A stretch of DNA of 63,983 nt, the filler included, from Basidiobolus ranarum (Eukaryota), in the NCBI GenBank assembly GCA_040143965.1. It is 4 parts of 4 records of this genome, joined end to end, with 100 filler letters (N's around TTAATTAATTAA, not from the genome) between each part and the next. Parts side by side here need not be neighbours in the genome. Positions count along the whole stretch, not along the records: positions 33,728 to 50,463 come from JASJQH010007208.1; positions 50,564 to 63,983 come from JASJQH010007359.1; 2 more parts are not named here. One strand, written 5' to 3'. Made by a program: the position numbers and the translations under genes. This document shows, piece after piece, positions 38,232 to 50,901 of this stretch; the first letter of the stretch is position 1, and each line of letters opens with the position of its first letter. The notes beneath the pieces are model-generated. The model ran no database searches. It had not been told where the DNA came from and saw nothing but the letters and a program-made list of their open reading frames with translations.

Positions 38232-39075
38232 AGATCTTGAAATTTCGGTTCTTATCACATTCTTAACGCTCGCTCACAAGGACTTGTGAGTAAGTGACCT
38301 CTTCTGCATAATATTCCCCCGCCTTATAATTATAATAAAAATGTTCACCAAATCTTACTACTTTAGTATGTCTAAACTTACAACACTCCTCTAAGAATCC
38401 ACCCACATTACCATTTTAATCCTCTTTATGTGACCTGTAATTCAGCTTCTTAGTATAAAGATTGATTTCAATAATAGGGCATCAATGAGGTACAAAAATA
38501 AGGGGCCATTAATGGTAATGATGTCATGAAGATTATGATGTAATCAACAAATGTAAAATATGCTCTATAACTAAAGAGACGACTAAAGCGCTTCATTTTA
38601 CTCAGTCGTTGAATAAGAGAGAGATGGCTTGAAATTCCAACATTGCCTTCTACTCGATTCCCTCTCGCTCACTTCCAGACTAGTTCACACTCTCCGTGCC
38701 TTCCTTGCCAGAGGATGTACTTATCAAATCAAGATGTACTTTGATCAATAAAAAAGAATGGAGTTGTCACGAAGGTAAATAACACGAAAGTAACATACAA
38801 ATTGAGCGTTAGTAACAGCCCCTCCACCCCTCCCCTCACGCATTTCATATCCCTGTCAGTTAGGCTTCTATATCACGTTATTTGATATTCTCTGGCTTAG
38901 CAATCGAAGTTGACTCTTTAATATCCAGTAAATACGTGTGTTTTCTCAGTCTTACATACTATTAGGTAACTATTACAATATGTCTTGTTCTTTCAATACT
39001 CTACTCCCTTTGTGTATTCCGAACTAATAATAAAAATATCCATTATTTTTACCTTACCTTACCTCTAAATAGGAA

Positions 39076-40781
39076 ATGACTGCTACTACTAATAACGCTG
39101 ACACTTCTAACACTCCCCAGAAAATTGAATCTTATGAAGTAGGTTGGATGTTTGTTCAAGAATATTATACTTTCTTGAACAAAGATCCGTCCCGTCTTCA
39201 CTGCTTTTACAATAAGAAATCCACCATGATTCATGGTATTGAGGGGGAACAAGTCAAACCCTATCACGGTCAACAGGTTCGATACATTTCCTCTTTCTGA
39301 AGTCTTTATCCATTGCACTAATCATCGATGGTTTACTTATTTTCCAGGATATTCATGCGAAGATTTTGGAACTTGCTTTTGATGACTGTAGAGTACTAGT
39401 TTCCAGTGTTGATAGTCAAGCGTCACTTAATGGGGGTATTATGATACAAGTATTAGGTGAAATGTCGAACAAAGGAGGTCCATCTCAAAAATTCGCTCAA
39501 ACCTTTTTCCTCGCCGAACAACCCAATGGATATTTTGTATTAAATGATATTTTCAGATTTCTTAAAGAGGAAGTAGAGGAAGAATTGGATTATGAAACGG
39601 ATATTCTTGAAGATTTCTCTACCAATAACTCCAACTCTACTGTTATTCCTACCAAAGTGGAAAATTTGTTGACTGAATCTATTGCCATTGAAGAGCCTGT
39701 AGCTAAACCAGAACCTGTCTCCTCTACTGAAGAATTAAAAGTACCCTCCATGGAGGAGCCAACCCCGATAGTTGAAGAGAAAATTGTGCCTACTGAGCCC
39801 AAAGTTATGGACGTACCAACCGACGAACCTACCGCCCTGCCAATTGAAGTTAATGGTATTACTGAACCTCAACCTAAATCATCTGAGGCTGAGAAGCCTG
39901 CCGAATCTACCAATAAAAATAAGCCACAAAATGATAAAGTCGAATCGGTGACTCCTCCTGCCGATACCAAGCCTGTATTTAAATCTTGGGCCAATTTAGC
40001 TGCTAATGGTCGAGACAAGTGGGGAAGTCAAGTGGCTGATGTTCGTGGTACTGTCGCTTCAGTTAGTAATCAAAAATCTCAACAACAAAGTCCTTCTAGT
40101 CAGCAACAACCAAGCCAACCCCCTCAACAGCAACAACAAGCCCCTCAACAACAACAACAAAATCAAGCCTCTCCTCAACCACCATCTCAGCAACAACCAT
40201 CCGCTCAACCTCAACGTAATACTAGACAAGAAACTTCATTGACCAGAAGCAATGGATACAAACAAGGTATAATAATTTCTCAATTCATTTTTAAATAGAA
40301 CCACTATTTATATTCAAGTTCATTTAGATGAGAACCTTTCCGTATTTGTTAAAGGAGTTCAAGATGGTATGACACCCGAGATGTTCAAGGCATCTTTTGG
40401 TTCGGTTGGTACAGTCAAAGCGGTAGATGTGATTATTCCCAAGGTATTTATCTGACCAATGGATTAAATTCTCGTCACATTATATATTAAACTGAACCCT
40501 TTCCATTCTAGAATTGTGCTTTTATTGAATTCACCTCCATTGAAGCTTACAGAAAGGCCGTTACTCAAAGCACTTTTGTTGTTAATGGTCAAAATGTCTA
40601 TGCCGAAGAACGTCGTAAGAATCCTCGTCAATCAGGTCGCCCTAATTATAACCAAGGTGAACGTCGTGGTGGATATCACCAAAACGGTGAACGTAGCGAG
40701 CGTGGTGGTGAACGCGGTGGTCGCCGTGGTCGTGGAGGTTGACCATTGAATAGAGCCCCAGGAGAGACACACACCAAGTAA
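39076..40781 (+). CDS. G3BP/Nxt3/Bre5-like NTF2 + RRM + RGG protein
   Basis: VGWMFVQEYYTFLNKDPSRLHCFY...KFAQTFFLAEQPNGYFVLNDIFRFL (NTF2); SWANLA; RRM (VFVKG...NCAFIEF); RGG tail. Confidence 0.9.
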
Positions 40782-41336
40782 ATGAAACATTCTCTCACAT
40801 GGAACATATGTATTCTTGGCTCCCTTCTCTTCACAATTGACAACTACCAACACTCTAACCCTACTCTTCTCCCTCTAACCGTTGACTCACTTTAATGTTC
40901 TTCTGTTTCACCTTGTTTTACGAAATGGTTTCTTTGTTAATTTAAATTAAAAAAGATGTACAATTACTTTCACCAACACGGATATTCAATGTGGAGCATC
41001 ATATAGATATATCATGAGTGGAGAAACGTTTAAAGAAACACAAATGTTTATTACGATTTACAAAAGATTGTGAGGTTTTTTGCTTTATGAATAAACGAAG
41101 AGGAGTGGTGGGGTGGGGTGGAAGGAACAAAAGAAAATTGAAGTAGTAATTAAGTTATTTTCGTTATTCGTTAGTAACCAACTGGATGTAATGAAAGAGT
41201 ACATATATAATCTCCGCTGAGATGGGAGAGATTACGTGAGAGAAGGGTCAGGGTGAGGTGAGAGGAGGCGAGGCGGGGTGAGAGTAAAGGTAATGTGAGG
41301 TAAGGATACAGATCTAGATAACTGCCAACAACTGTC

Positions 41337-43183
41337 CTATTGTCCATTCAATTGATTGGCTGGCATATTTGGAACTTTAGATGATGCTTTGGAGAACAAC
41401 ATATCTAAGGATCCGATCACCTTCATCAAGTCCTTCTGGAAGTTGATTTCTTTCTTAATTCTTTCATTCAAGCTTTGGAAGAGCTCATCAATAAGCGGAG
41501 ATTGTCCAAGGACAACACTGTACATATCTAAAATCACATTAGCAACATCTACAAGTAGACCAGTATATCTAGGATGGGAGATATTCTTGACCAAGAATTG
41601 AACAATTGGCTCCAAAGAGATATCGTCTCTTCCTTGAAGGGAGCTACGAAGACCATCACGATGAACGAGCTCTTCTATAAGAGAAACGACAATCAAAGGA
41701 TTACGGTTCTTGCTTAGTACAGCATCCAGTGCATTAGAGTATTGGAAAGCCTTGAGATATTTGTCATAGTCAGTCAACTTCTTTCTCTTCATAGTCTCCA
41801 CCTTGAAGTCTTCCTGTGTGGGGTTGTATCCCTTACCACGAACAAAGTACTGGTAGGTACCGCCGTTGAATTGTTCTGCGCGACGCATCATAAAACTCTC
41901 TTGGGGCTTGACCACTCTTTGACGAACGGAGAGAAGTCCACTGGCCATACCAGCTACCAAATGGGTATCATCAGGTGACAAAGCAATACTAAGAATAGGT
42001 GCAGGATACTTGACACTGTGGACAACCTTATAATCTTGAACGTTGTATACTTTAACATGATGATCGAGGGAACCAGTAAGAAGACGAGAGTAAGAGCCAT
42101 CGAAGCACATAGAAGTGACAGTCTTCTGGTGATTGGTAAGAGTTTGAAGTACACGTCCACCAGATAGCAAATCAAAGATTTTGACATTTGGACCACCAGC
42201 AGATACAACAAGACCTCCACCAGGGAACATTAAAACGTCCTCAACGGGTTCACCATGGTTCATGGAGATGGCACAAGAATTCGATCTCAAATCCCACAAT
42301 TTAACGGTACGATCATATGAACCAGATAAAATAAGGTTGGGATTATCCATACTAACAACACCAGCACGTACATAATCCTACATTACGTTGAAAGTGATTT
42401 TGGTTAAGATACGTTCTACAAAATGAATTTCACCTCGTTTTAGGAAGGGAATATTAAATACCGAATGATCTTCGAAAACAGATACGGCAGTTTCGCTAGG
42501 AATATCCCAAACACGAACGGTTTTATCATCCGAAGCGGAAAGAATATGGGTGTTGTTAGGAGAGAATTTGGCAACATGTACTGGACTGACAAAAGAGATA
42601 TATTAGCGTTAATAGATTGAATGATATATGCTCTTTGTAAAGTGACTCTTACTTCTCGTGTCCTCTGAAAGTTCTAAGAATAGCACGACTGTTGACATCG
42701 AAAACCTTGAATATGAGGGTATGTTTGAGATTAGAGTGGTCTATCTAATAACTTATGATATAATGCCAACCTGAACTAAACCGGTTCCATCACCGGAGAC
42801 GATCAATTTACCGTCATTTCTGAAGGAACCACTATATGCAGTATCCTTGAAACGAGAAATGGTTTTCTTAACGCTATGAGTCTTGGAACTGTATACTTGA
42901 ACACGTGCAGAGGAAGTAACAGCGAAATCATATGGAGCTACGGGAGAAAAGTTGATGGAGGTGACTGATGCGTACTCTTTGATAAGAATAGGGGACTAAA
43001 CGAGAAAAGGATTAAAGATATGCTCCATAGGTAACCCATCCAAGTAAAGTCGAGAAAGTCTCTTTCTTTCGTGATGTAAAGAGCTTCGTATGTTACCTTG
43101 AATTTTCTCCAGTACCGTGATTCAGGGGTCTTTCTGTTGGGCAACCGAGGGAACTTTTTAACGGCGACTCTTTTGTATTCCAT
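41337..43183 (-). CDS. UTP15: U3 snoRNA-associated WD40 protein Utp15
   Basis: TPESRYWRKF N-terminus, WD repeats, UTP15 C-terminal domain (EELVHRDGLRSSLQGRDD). Confidence 0.92.
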
Positions 43184-43653
43184 ATTCTATGTAAAGCCAC
43201 ACTTTTTAATATAAAGAAAGTCTATATAAGAAAGAAAAATATATAAAAACAAAGAAAAGAGTGGAAGCTTCCAGTTAAACTTGACTAGAAAAAAGAGAAT
43301 AATTCCTATTCTTTGTTGAAGGAAGGCGAAATCCCACGAAGCCCTACGGGATTAGAAAGAAAATAAAAAAAGAAAAAAAATACAAGTCAGAAAAAAAGAC
43401 GATATAAGAGTGATTCTCGAATTAGCCGTTTAACGATTGATTCATTGGTCCGAAGCCGACACAAAAGTCGAAATTATTCGGACTGCATATACTCGAAATC
43501 TCGCCTGTCTGTGGGTCAAAATTTTTATCATTTCAAAGAAATCTCTATTTTTTGTTCCATCTCACTTTACCGCACCCTACATAGGCTTAATTTTGGTTTA
43601 TTGTCTGGCGTACCTCTTTCTTGTAGCAGTTTAGACTAAATAATTCAGAGACC

Positions 43654-44070
43654 ATGTCCAGCCTCAGTAGAAAGATTTTTGGTAACAAGCAAATCTTCTT
43701 TCCCAGCGTAATTTATAAGGTGGTCCGCTCAAACCTTCCTCCGAATCAAGTCGCTTTCCGTGTCCCACCAAAAACCAATAAATTGGACATCAAAGACTAC
43801 CTGTCCCATGTTTACAAGATAGACGTAGTGAACGTGCGTACCGTTAATTATGAAGGAAAGATGAAGATGGATCCTAGAATTGGACGTAGAGTTCGTGATA
43901 AAGATTGGAAGAAGACTATCGTCACAATGGCCACTGACTTTGAGTATCCCAAAAAGCCCAATTTGGATGACTTCGGTAAGGAGACTCATCAACAGCAAGT
44001 CACTCTTCGTGCCAGAAAGTTGAAGGGCTGGAGACTGAGAACCCCCAGAGAAGCTCCCAAGAGCGAATAG
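43654..44070 (+). CDS. MRP20: Mitochondrial ribosomal protein uL23m
   Basis: FGNKQIFFP...AFRVPPKTNKLDIKDYLSHVYKIDVVNVRTVNY...WKKTIV. Confidence 0.88.
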   Translation: MSSLSRKIFGNKQIFFPSVIYKVVRSNLPPNQVAFRVPPKTNKLDIKDYLSHVYKIDVVNVRTVNYEGKMKMDPRIGRRVRDKDWKKTIVTMATDFEYPKKPNLDDFGKETHQQQVTLRARKLKGWRLRTPREAPKSE

Positions 44071-44528
44071 AGTTTCCAAACTTTTCATACTTTCATATTC
44101 ATACTATTTCTTTCTTTTATTTTTCTTGCATGTTTAACTTCCCGGGCGAAACTGCCATTCATTCTTTAAAATAAGAGCCATTGTGATAAAAGCAACCAAT
44201 TAAAGTAGCATTTTTATTGATTTTCTATACTTACTGTATCCTTGGAAAATGCTACTTCTTCGGGTTTATCTTTTCGGCAAATGGTGTTGGAGCCTAATTT
44301 TGTAATTCGAGCATACAGCAGATTATACTTGCATTGTATGTATATATTGTGCTTATTTGGTCAACTGGCTATTTTATTAAGGGTAGAGACGATAATATGC
44401 TCCCTAATATATAGGAAGCAGTATGATTTACCAACAATCTGGATAATAGTATTGAGTATCTAAATAATTTAGGAGTAGAGATTCTGGCTTACTCTATGTT
44501 GGCTTGAACAGAACGTAATATACCAACT

Positions 44529-44938
44529 ATGGGAAACACTTCAAACTTCCTAATCTTGATAACAGCGGGTGTAGCTTTAGCTTCTAATCCTGATGAAACT
44601 TCGTTCAAACAGTATATAGAGAAAGCGCTTCAACGGTATGAAGAATGATTTATTTCTTTTGTTGAGTAAGTAGTCACACAACTGAAACCCTCTCTCTTTC
44701 AGCTCAGGTTCTTCTTGGATTGAGCGTCAACTCATTTCCCAAGTGTCAACTTTAGTGTATAAACGAAAGGTATTAGTGTTTATCAGTCTTTGTTCTAATC
44801 TGTGTATATGTGTCTAAATGTACTCCTTAGGACTACAAATTCTTCTCTTTGGTAGCTATTCCAGAAACTGAAACCACTTATCTGGGTATTTTTGGTATTT
44901 GGATCCCGTTACCTCTACTCTTGAAAGACAAACGTTGA
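44529..44938 (+). CDS. Small 3-exon protein with an N-terminal anchor, DUF4359-like
   Basis: Spliced translation MGNTSNFLILITAGVALASNPDETSFKQYIEK...YKRKDYKFFSLV...YLGIFGIWIPLP...*; canonical GT-AG introns keep the frame. Confidence 0.65.
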
Positions 44939-45052
44939 ACTTTCATACAACACAAGTGTATCGATCTTATACGTTAAATATTGTTTGAGGACAGATTTGC
45001 TTCATATATTGAAAATAAAAAAATGGTTTATTAAATTCCGCTTCAAGAATTT

Positions 45053-45599
45053 TTAATGTTGTGTACGAGCCAACTGCTTCAGATGGTTATGAATTTTCAT
45101 TTTAATCCAAGTTTTATCGTGTGGTATGTAAGCCTTGATACGATCATCATAAACCATAGCCGCCAATTCGTTGTGCATGTCCACAAACTTATTCAGATCA
45201 TCGATATGGTAGTTGATATGTGGAGTGTTAGGGTTCATGGACTTTAACCGATTCTCGTACATTTTGATAATAGCTAGAGGAAGATGAGTTCGAAATGGAG
45301 AGTGAAATTATTAGAAAAGTGATTTAAGGTACAGGAGGATTAATGTTATGAATATTTACCTTCGACGGCTAAGCCAACGGTTTCATGGTCAGCAAAGGTT
45401 CGAGTTTTTATGTCATTAGACTTTTGAATTAATAGAATAGTATGCTACAGAAAGGTCAAGTTATTAATATAAAGAGAGGGGATTGTTTGAACGTGAATAA
45501 AACTATAAGGCTAAAACGAACGCGGCTGGATCAAAACGAATCTCTGGTTCTTAAAGTTTTTTAAAGCATGGGTATAAGGTATTATAGATCTCTTACCAT
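45053..45599 (-). CDS. ERH: Enhancer of rudimentary homolog
   Basis: ATG|GTAAG first exon, then HTILLIQ...TRTFADHETV...MYENRLKSMNPNTPHINYHIDDLNKFVD...YIPHDKTWIK. Confidence 0.88.
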
Positions 45600-45807
45600 T
45601 TCTTTCTTGTTCTTAACGCGTAGATCTCTCTGTCAACAGCTGTATTTTGTGAAATGGAAAAGCTTCCCGTTGGATATAGTATATTCATATGTCACATGAT
45701 CTGTGAAAGGATTTTAATTCCGCTTATCATTTAGATCGGATTTATTTCGTTAATTTATTTTGTTAATTGATTTCATAAATAACTCAGGTAAAATTGTCAC
45801 AAAAAAG

Positions 45808-47250
45808 CTAGTCTCCTTCAGCTTCAACCAATTTACCAATATTGAAATCGATACGAATCCACGGTTTGAATTTCAACAGGTTCATGAGAAGCAAAGATGG
45901 TATTTGAATATGATAGAGTGCAAAGAATGGTAGTGGGTCATTAACGCTTAGAACTGCATCTCTACCTTCAAGCAGTTGGAGAGTCCACTTTTGTAAGTCA
46001 CTCAAGCTTCTAGTCTGAAGTAAATTGTACATCTCATGGTACACCCAATAGGTAGGTCTAGCATTGGATAAGGGAACTATCGGCCATTTGGGTGGTTCCC
46101 CATCCGACCCTTCATTTTGTTTACTGAGATAAGCATCGGCAAGTAAGGAGTGATTATAGAAACAAGTGATGGCTGAATGTAAGCGAGGATTACATTCAAT
46201 CGAGTAGATTTGTCCATTTTCAGCCTCTATGAAATCAAAGCATGCTTGCCCGGTAAGTTTGCTTTCTTTGACGAATTTGTTGACCCAGTCAAATATAGCT
46301 GGCTTATCCACAGCCGTATAGTTTAACAGCCACGAGGAGGATTCGCAACATACATAAACCCTCAAAGATCCATCTCTAGCAGTTGCATGAGCACAGTATT
46401 CTCTACCTTCAATATATTCCTGTAAGATCCATGGGTTATCTTTACTGATGCGTAACTTGGACAAGAAGGCGAGCAGATTCTCTTCTTTCGCCAATGGTAG
46501 TTTAGTTAAATTTAATCTAGCTTCTGCATCATACTTAATACTTTTCAAAATGTATTGTCGTCCTTTGGAGTCTTCGCTATTAAAATTAAAGTCTAGAACC
46601 TGTTGCCTATCGGTGATAAGGAATGACTGAGGGACTGATAATCCAATGGATCTTGCCTTTTCATTGAAGAGCATTTTGTCGTCTAACATTTTGCATGTTT
46701 CGTAATCAAAATGAAACACTTCGCAATACTTTTCCAAGAATGGCTTTGCTAAAGATTCATGTTGTGCCGATGCTGGTGATGATACTGGGATGAAAGTATC
46801 CACCCGTTCCTTACGGATAATATCTACCAAAGCACTAGTAAAGCCTTGCTGATCCTTCTCTGGCGAAGGAACAGTGTAGAACGCGTCCACCGAGTTGGAA
46901 AACCTAGCTCCACTTAACCAATATTTCTCACCCTCAATAAGAATAACTCGATGACCAGCTGCCTTGAAACCTCGACAAAGTTGTAAAGCTTTGGTCATTT
47001 TACCACCAGTGATGGCAATAGTTTTTTCACGGGTGGAGGTAGCTCTCTCGGTTTCTTTCGGATAAAGCCATTTTAAGGAGTAACAAAGGGTAAGTATGAA
47101 GAAGTCATATGGTAATAAGAAAACCTCTAGTAAGATGAACAAGAAAAGGTTTTGAAAGAAGCCGAAGCCTTTTTCTCGTATTTTTGACCACATACTTTTC
47201 TCTCTTTTTCTTGGCCATTCAAGTATCCATTTTATAGGTGAAAGATACAT
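45808..47250 (-). CDS. mysC: MysC-like ATP-grasp ligase (mycosporine biosynthesis family), intronless; start may be 47250 or 47193
   Basis: Hydrophobic N-terminal segment, ITGGKMTKALQLCRGFKAAGHRVILIE...YWLSGARFSNSVDAFYTVP, YILKSIKYD, PWILQEYIEGREYCAH, IECNPRLHSAI, RIDFNIGKLVE.GD. Confidence 0.85.
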   Translation of the reverse strand: MYLSPIKWILEWPRKREKSMWSKIREKGFGFFQNLFLFILLEVFLLPYDFFILTLCYSLKWLYPKETERATSTREKTIAITGGKMTKALQLCRGFKAAGHRVILIEGEKYWLSGARFSNSVDAFYTVPSPEKDQQGFTSALVDIIRKERVDTFIPVSSPASAQHESLAKPFLEKYCEVFHFDYETCKMLDDKMLFNEKARSIGLSVPQSFLITDRQQVLDFNFNSEDSKGRQYILKSIKYDAEARLNLTKLPLAKEENLLAFLSKLRISKDNPWILQEYIEGREYCAHATARDGSLRVYVCCESSSWLLNYTAVDKPAIFDWVNKFVKESKLTGQACFDFIEAENGQIYSIECNPRLHSAITCFYNHSLLADAYLSKQNEGSDGEPPKWPIVPLSNARPTYWVYHEMYNLLQTRSLSDLQKWTLQLLEGRDAVLSVNDPLPFFALYHIQIPSLLLMNLLKFKPWIRIDFNIGKLVEAEGD

Positions 47251-47530
47251 CACCCCAATTGGTTTACTCACTCCTTTATTTAAAATCAATCTTATTTTTG
47301 ATGGCTTAGCTCTACGTGCCCATTCTACACGTAATCGCTACTGTGCCTTATCAAGTATAGAGCAAGTCACATAGCTAACTAATTACAGATACGTCATAGC
47401 AAATGGGTCATCAAAGACGAATAGCAACAATCAGTATTGGGGATCTAATTCCAATGATCGATATACCAGCTGATTTCTACTGGCGACATGCCAATACCCA
47501 TACCCATACCCATACAAATCCGAATAATGA

Positions 47531-49060
47531 TTAGACAGTCTTGTTACAAGATAAGGAGGTAGAGTTTGTAGGTACATTGGTTTTGTGATCTGATGCTAGG
47601 GAGATATCATCAATGGAGGTACCCTTTGTTTCGGGTACAAAATAGAAGTGGTGGATTAGGAAAAGAAAATTTAACCCAGCCACTAAGATAAATGTGTTGC
47701 TTTGTAAGGCGGAAAGAATGGTTGGGAATAAGAAGATGACTAGAAAGTTTCCAATCCAATTCATAGTTGTAACCATTGAGACCACAACACCAGCTGCCCA
47801 GGTGGGAACCAACTCTGGGATGATAATGAAAGGTATACTCGCCAGACCTATGTTGAATGATGCGGAAAACAATATCACTGAGATGATTTCAAGTATGTTG
47901 ACTGTCAACTTATCTCCGATAACCAGCGTTATTGCAAACACAACCATCAGTAGATTGCTAGTTAGAAGTAGCGGACGTCTCCCCATTTTATCTATAACCG
48001 TGCAAGCAGCACAATTGATAAAGAAATTGAATACCGCGATGCCGACCGTGATTAATTGTGCGGTACGCATTCCTGTTGTTTCGGTCATGATGGAGGTAGA
48101 GTACAACGTAACACCGTTTATGCAAGAGAGAGTCTGGGAAGCATGGATCACTAGTCCGATAAATAACATTTTTCGAAGTTTGGGCTGTTTCCAAACATTA
48201 CGTACATGGGAAGTCAAAGATATTCTAGTTGAAGAGTGGCTACCTTTGATGGCGTCCAGCATTTCCTCGAATTCGTCGTCAACACAGCAGCCAGGTCGAC
48301 ACTCCGATAAAGCCTGTTTAGCTTCCTCATATTGTTGTTTAGAAAGCAGGTATCTCGGAGTTTCAGGACAAAATGGGATTAAAAACATTTGAATTATGGC
48401 CGGTAGTATGGTCAAGCCCATTAGAATTCTCCAACCCGGAATATACGAAAGAGCCAAACTAATTCCTTGTGAAATAACGATCCCTACTGCAATTTGCATT
48501 TGAACTAGAGAACCCATTGCACCTCGATTTTGTTTAGTAGAAATCTCGGTAATATACAATGGAACAACAACTGAACTAACTCCGCTACCAAATCCCACTA
48601 GAAATCTACCGCACGCAAACATTTCCGTGTTTATCGATAAACTCATCAACATTCCGCCTAAAAGAAAGCTGATGTTATTCCAAAATATCACGCGTTTACG
48701 TCCATATCGATCAGCTAATGGACCAGCTACTATGCCACCGATTAAGCCGCCAATACAGAATACACCAATGGCAAACCCCCTTTAAGCAATGGTTAATTCG
48801 CGTTGTTATCTCGATGTGCATGACAATACTAACCAGAGTAGGTCACTCATAGGCAAGCAACTAGGGAATGAATTTGAAAAGGTGGGACTATCACAGCTGC
48901 GTATCACCTTCTCCGGATTATTGGGGGCACCAACATTGTAGCCTTGATTGAAGGAGCCTAGACTTACTACGATGGAAGTGAGGAGCACCTTTCGAACGAA
49001 ATTTATTTCTCTCGAGTCTCGTCCTTTATCGAGTTTTAATTCCTCTTTGTGAATCGACAT
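47531..49060 (-). CDS. MFS sugar porter (GLUT-like), 2 exons
   Basis: GSFNQGYN, ADRYGRK, GRFLVG, YITEIS..NRG, PETPRYL, DKMGRRPL, PETKG. Confidence 0.9.
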
Positions 49061-49327
49061 AGAAATACCGTAAACTTTTCAAATCGCTCTTTTATCATCG
49101 GAAGAATCATCTGTGTAACCTCATATCAGTGAGATTATCTTTTATCGCCATCGGTTACACCAATCTTCACCTAAATTCGATATTTTGTGCACATTAACTA
49201 CAATATGTAAGTGCATAAGAAAGAGCATAAGATTATGTAAAGTATAACTTTATCTGATGATGTAGTTATTGTGACTCTTATATGACTTAAGAATACATAT
49301 GTAGTGATGTGTTTGAAATCAACTTGT

Positions 49328-50256
49328 CTACCAATCTAGTCTACCGCGGTATAGCTCTTCGATTATGTGCTCATCAAGTAGGGTTTTCTCCACGATGGCT
49401 TTGACGTGACACGATTTGACACGTCCATACCATACGCCGACTAACAGTAATCCAAGTTAGAATATGTTTAGTATATGACAATGATACAATGACATACCTG
49501 GGTATATAATAACATTACCAGCGAATTTATGACCTATAGTAATTATATAAGCAAGAATCTTTGTTGAGAGATAGAGTTAGGTTTCTGCTTACCTCCAATG
49601 TGACTGACCAGCAACACCTCGACCTTATCTTGAAGTTCCTTTTCTAGCAGTATTCTGTGAAATTCCTCTTTTAGTATGGGGGCGGTTACTCCGCAACGTT
49701 TATCTCTTCTCCTGTGGGAGCAAATCAATATGAAGCCGTGTTCTTCCGGTAAATTTTCCACCTCGAATTCCTCCATATGTTGTTCCTCACTGTACACATA
49801 TGTATCGAGGAAGCAATCCAAATTTTCGAGGTTAACGTTACGAACAAGCTTATTACTGGGTAAAATAATCACTTCATGGTTTCCTTCTTTCAGACCCTTA
49901 GGAATCGGCCTACTTGTGTTCGTAACGATCACTCGAGGTCCTTTACGGCTAGAGATTCTTTTAGCTATTTCTGCAGGTAGACTACCTTCTACCTCTTCAA
50001 TCCGTTCAGGCCAGTCATGTTTTCCAGTAGAAATCAAGAGTTGTTTGAAGTAAGGTTTTACAGTTCCTTCCAAGGACTTTTCCCTATCTATCTTAAGATA
50101 ATTGGGATACTGTTTGTGTTCTTCACAAGGGTTTTCACATGCTATGCAATCACTCTCTTTAACAAAGTCGTAATTTTCAGGTAAACTGTAAGTGTTAGGC
50201 TCCTCACTTTCACCTCCGGTTATAGTACGCTTAATTGTTCTAAGAAACCAACTCAT
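49328..50256 (-). CDS. APD1: Apd1/Aim32 sucrase-ferredoxin-like (thioredoxin-fold 2Fe-2S) protein, 3 exons
   Basis: ILICSHRRRDKRCGVTAPIL, SHIGG|HKFAGNVIIYP, GVWYGRV, ELYRG. Confidence 0.88.
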
Positions 50257-50463
50257 ACTATTGGAGGAGGGGTATTGAAGGAAATGATATGTTTCGTTTA
50301 GGTGTTGTTGAGATCTCTCAAAAGAAGTGATTACTTTGAAAAAGTACACAACCAGTCGTTATTATGGTTCACCTTTTGTTCGTCATTTTATTGTCTTTGG
50401 ATTAAACCATCCTAGCACGTGCTATGAAATCATTTACCACCCTCAAGCTACTTATGGCCAATC

Positions 50464-50563
50464 NNNNNNNNNNNNNNNNNNNNNNNNNNNNNNNNNNNNN
50501 NNNNNNNTTAATTAATTAANNNNNNNNNNNNNNNNNNNNNNNNNNNNNNNNNNNNNNNNNNNN
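50464..50563. other. Artificial contig linker
   Basis: N44-TTAATTAATTAA-N44. Confidence 0.97.
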
Positions 50564-50901
50564 CTGTGAGCAAGCGTGATTACACTGGGGATGGGACCTT
50601 CTTCACACCTGATCGGGATGCATGCTCGAAGCAAGGAGATAGCTCTAGTGAGAGCGACATGATTGCAGCCCTCAGCCGCTTCCAATTCGGCCAAAGCTCC
50701 GGCCAAGACACCAATCAAGCATCAATGTGTGGCAAATGTGTCCAAGTGCAAGGACCTAAAGGGTCAGTGGTTGTTCGTATTCGCGATTTATGTGCTCCAT
50801 GCCGTAGTGGTGACATTGATCTCACTCCATCGGCCTTCAAGAACATTGCTGACCTGAACGCTGGGCGTGTTAAGGTTACTTGGAAGCAGGTTAGCTGCTA
50901 G
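50564..50901 (+). CDS. RlpA-like double-psi beta-barrel (expansin/loosenin-like) protein, 5' truncated
   Basis: GDGTFFTP..DAC...MIAALS...MCGKCVQV.GPKGSVVVRIRDLCAPC..GDIDLTPSAF. Confidence 0.85.

Noticed and set aside
47694-48392. 232-aa plus-strand ORF (and similar antisense ORFs over other genes)
   Set aside because: Antisense shadow of the MFS transporter coding sequence.
45808-50256. APD1 + MFS + MysC as a complete biosynthetic gene cluster
   Set aside because: The core cyclase and methyltransferase are missing and APD1 is a widespread conserved gene; co-orientation alone is not enough.
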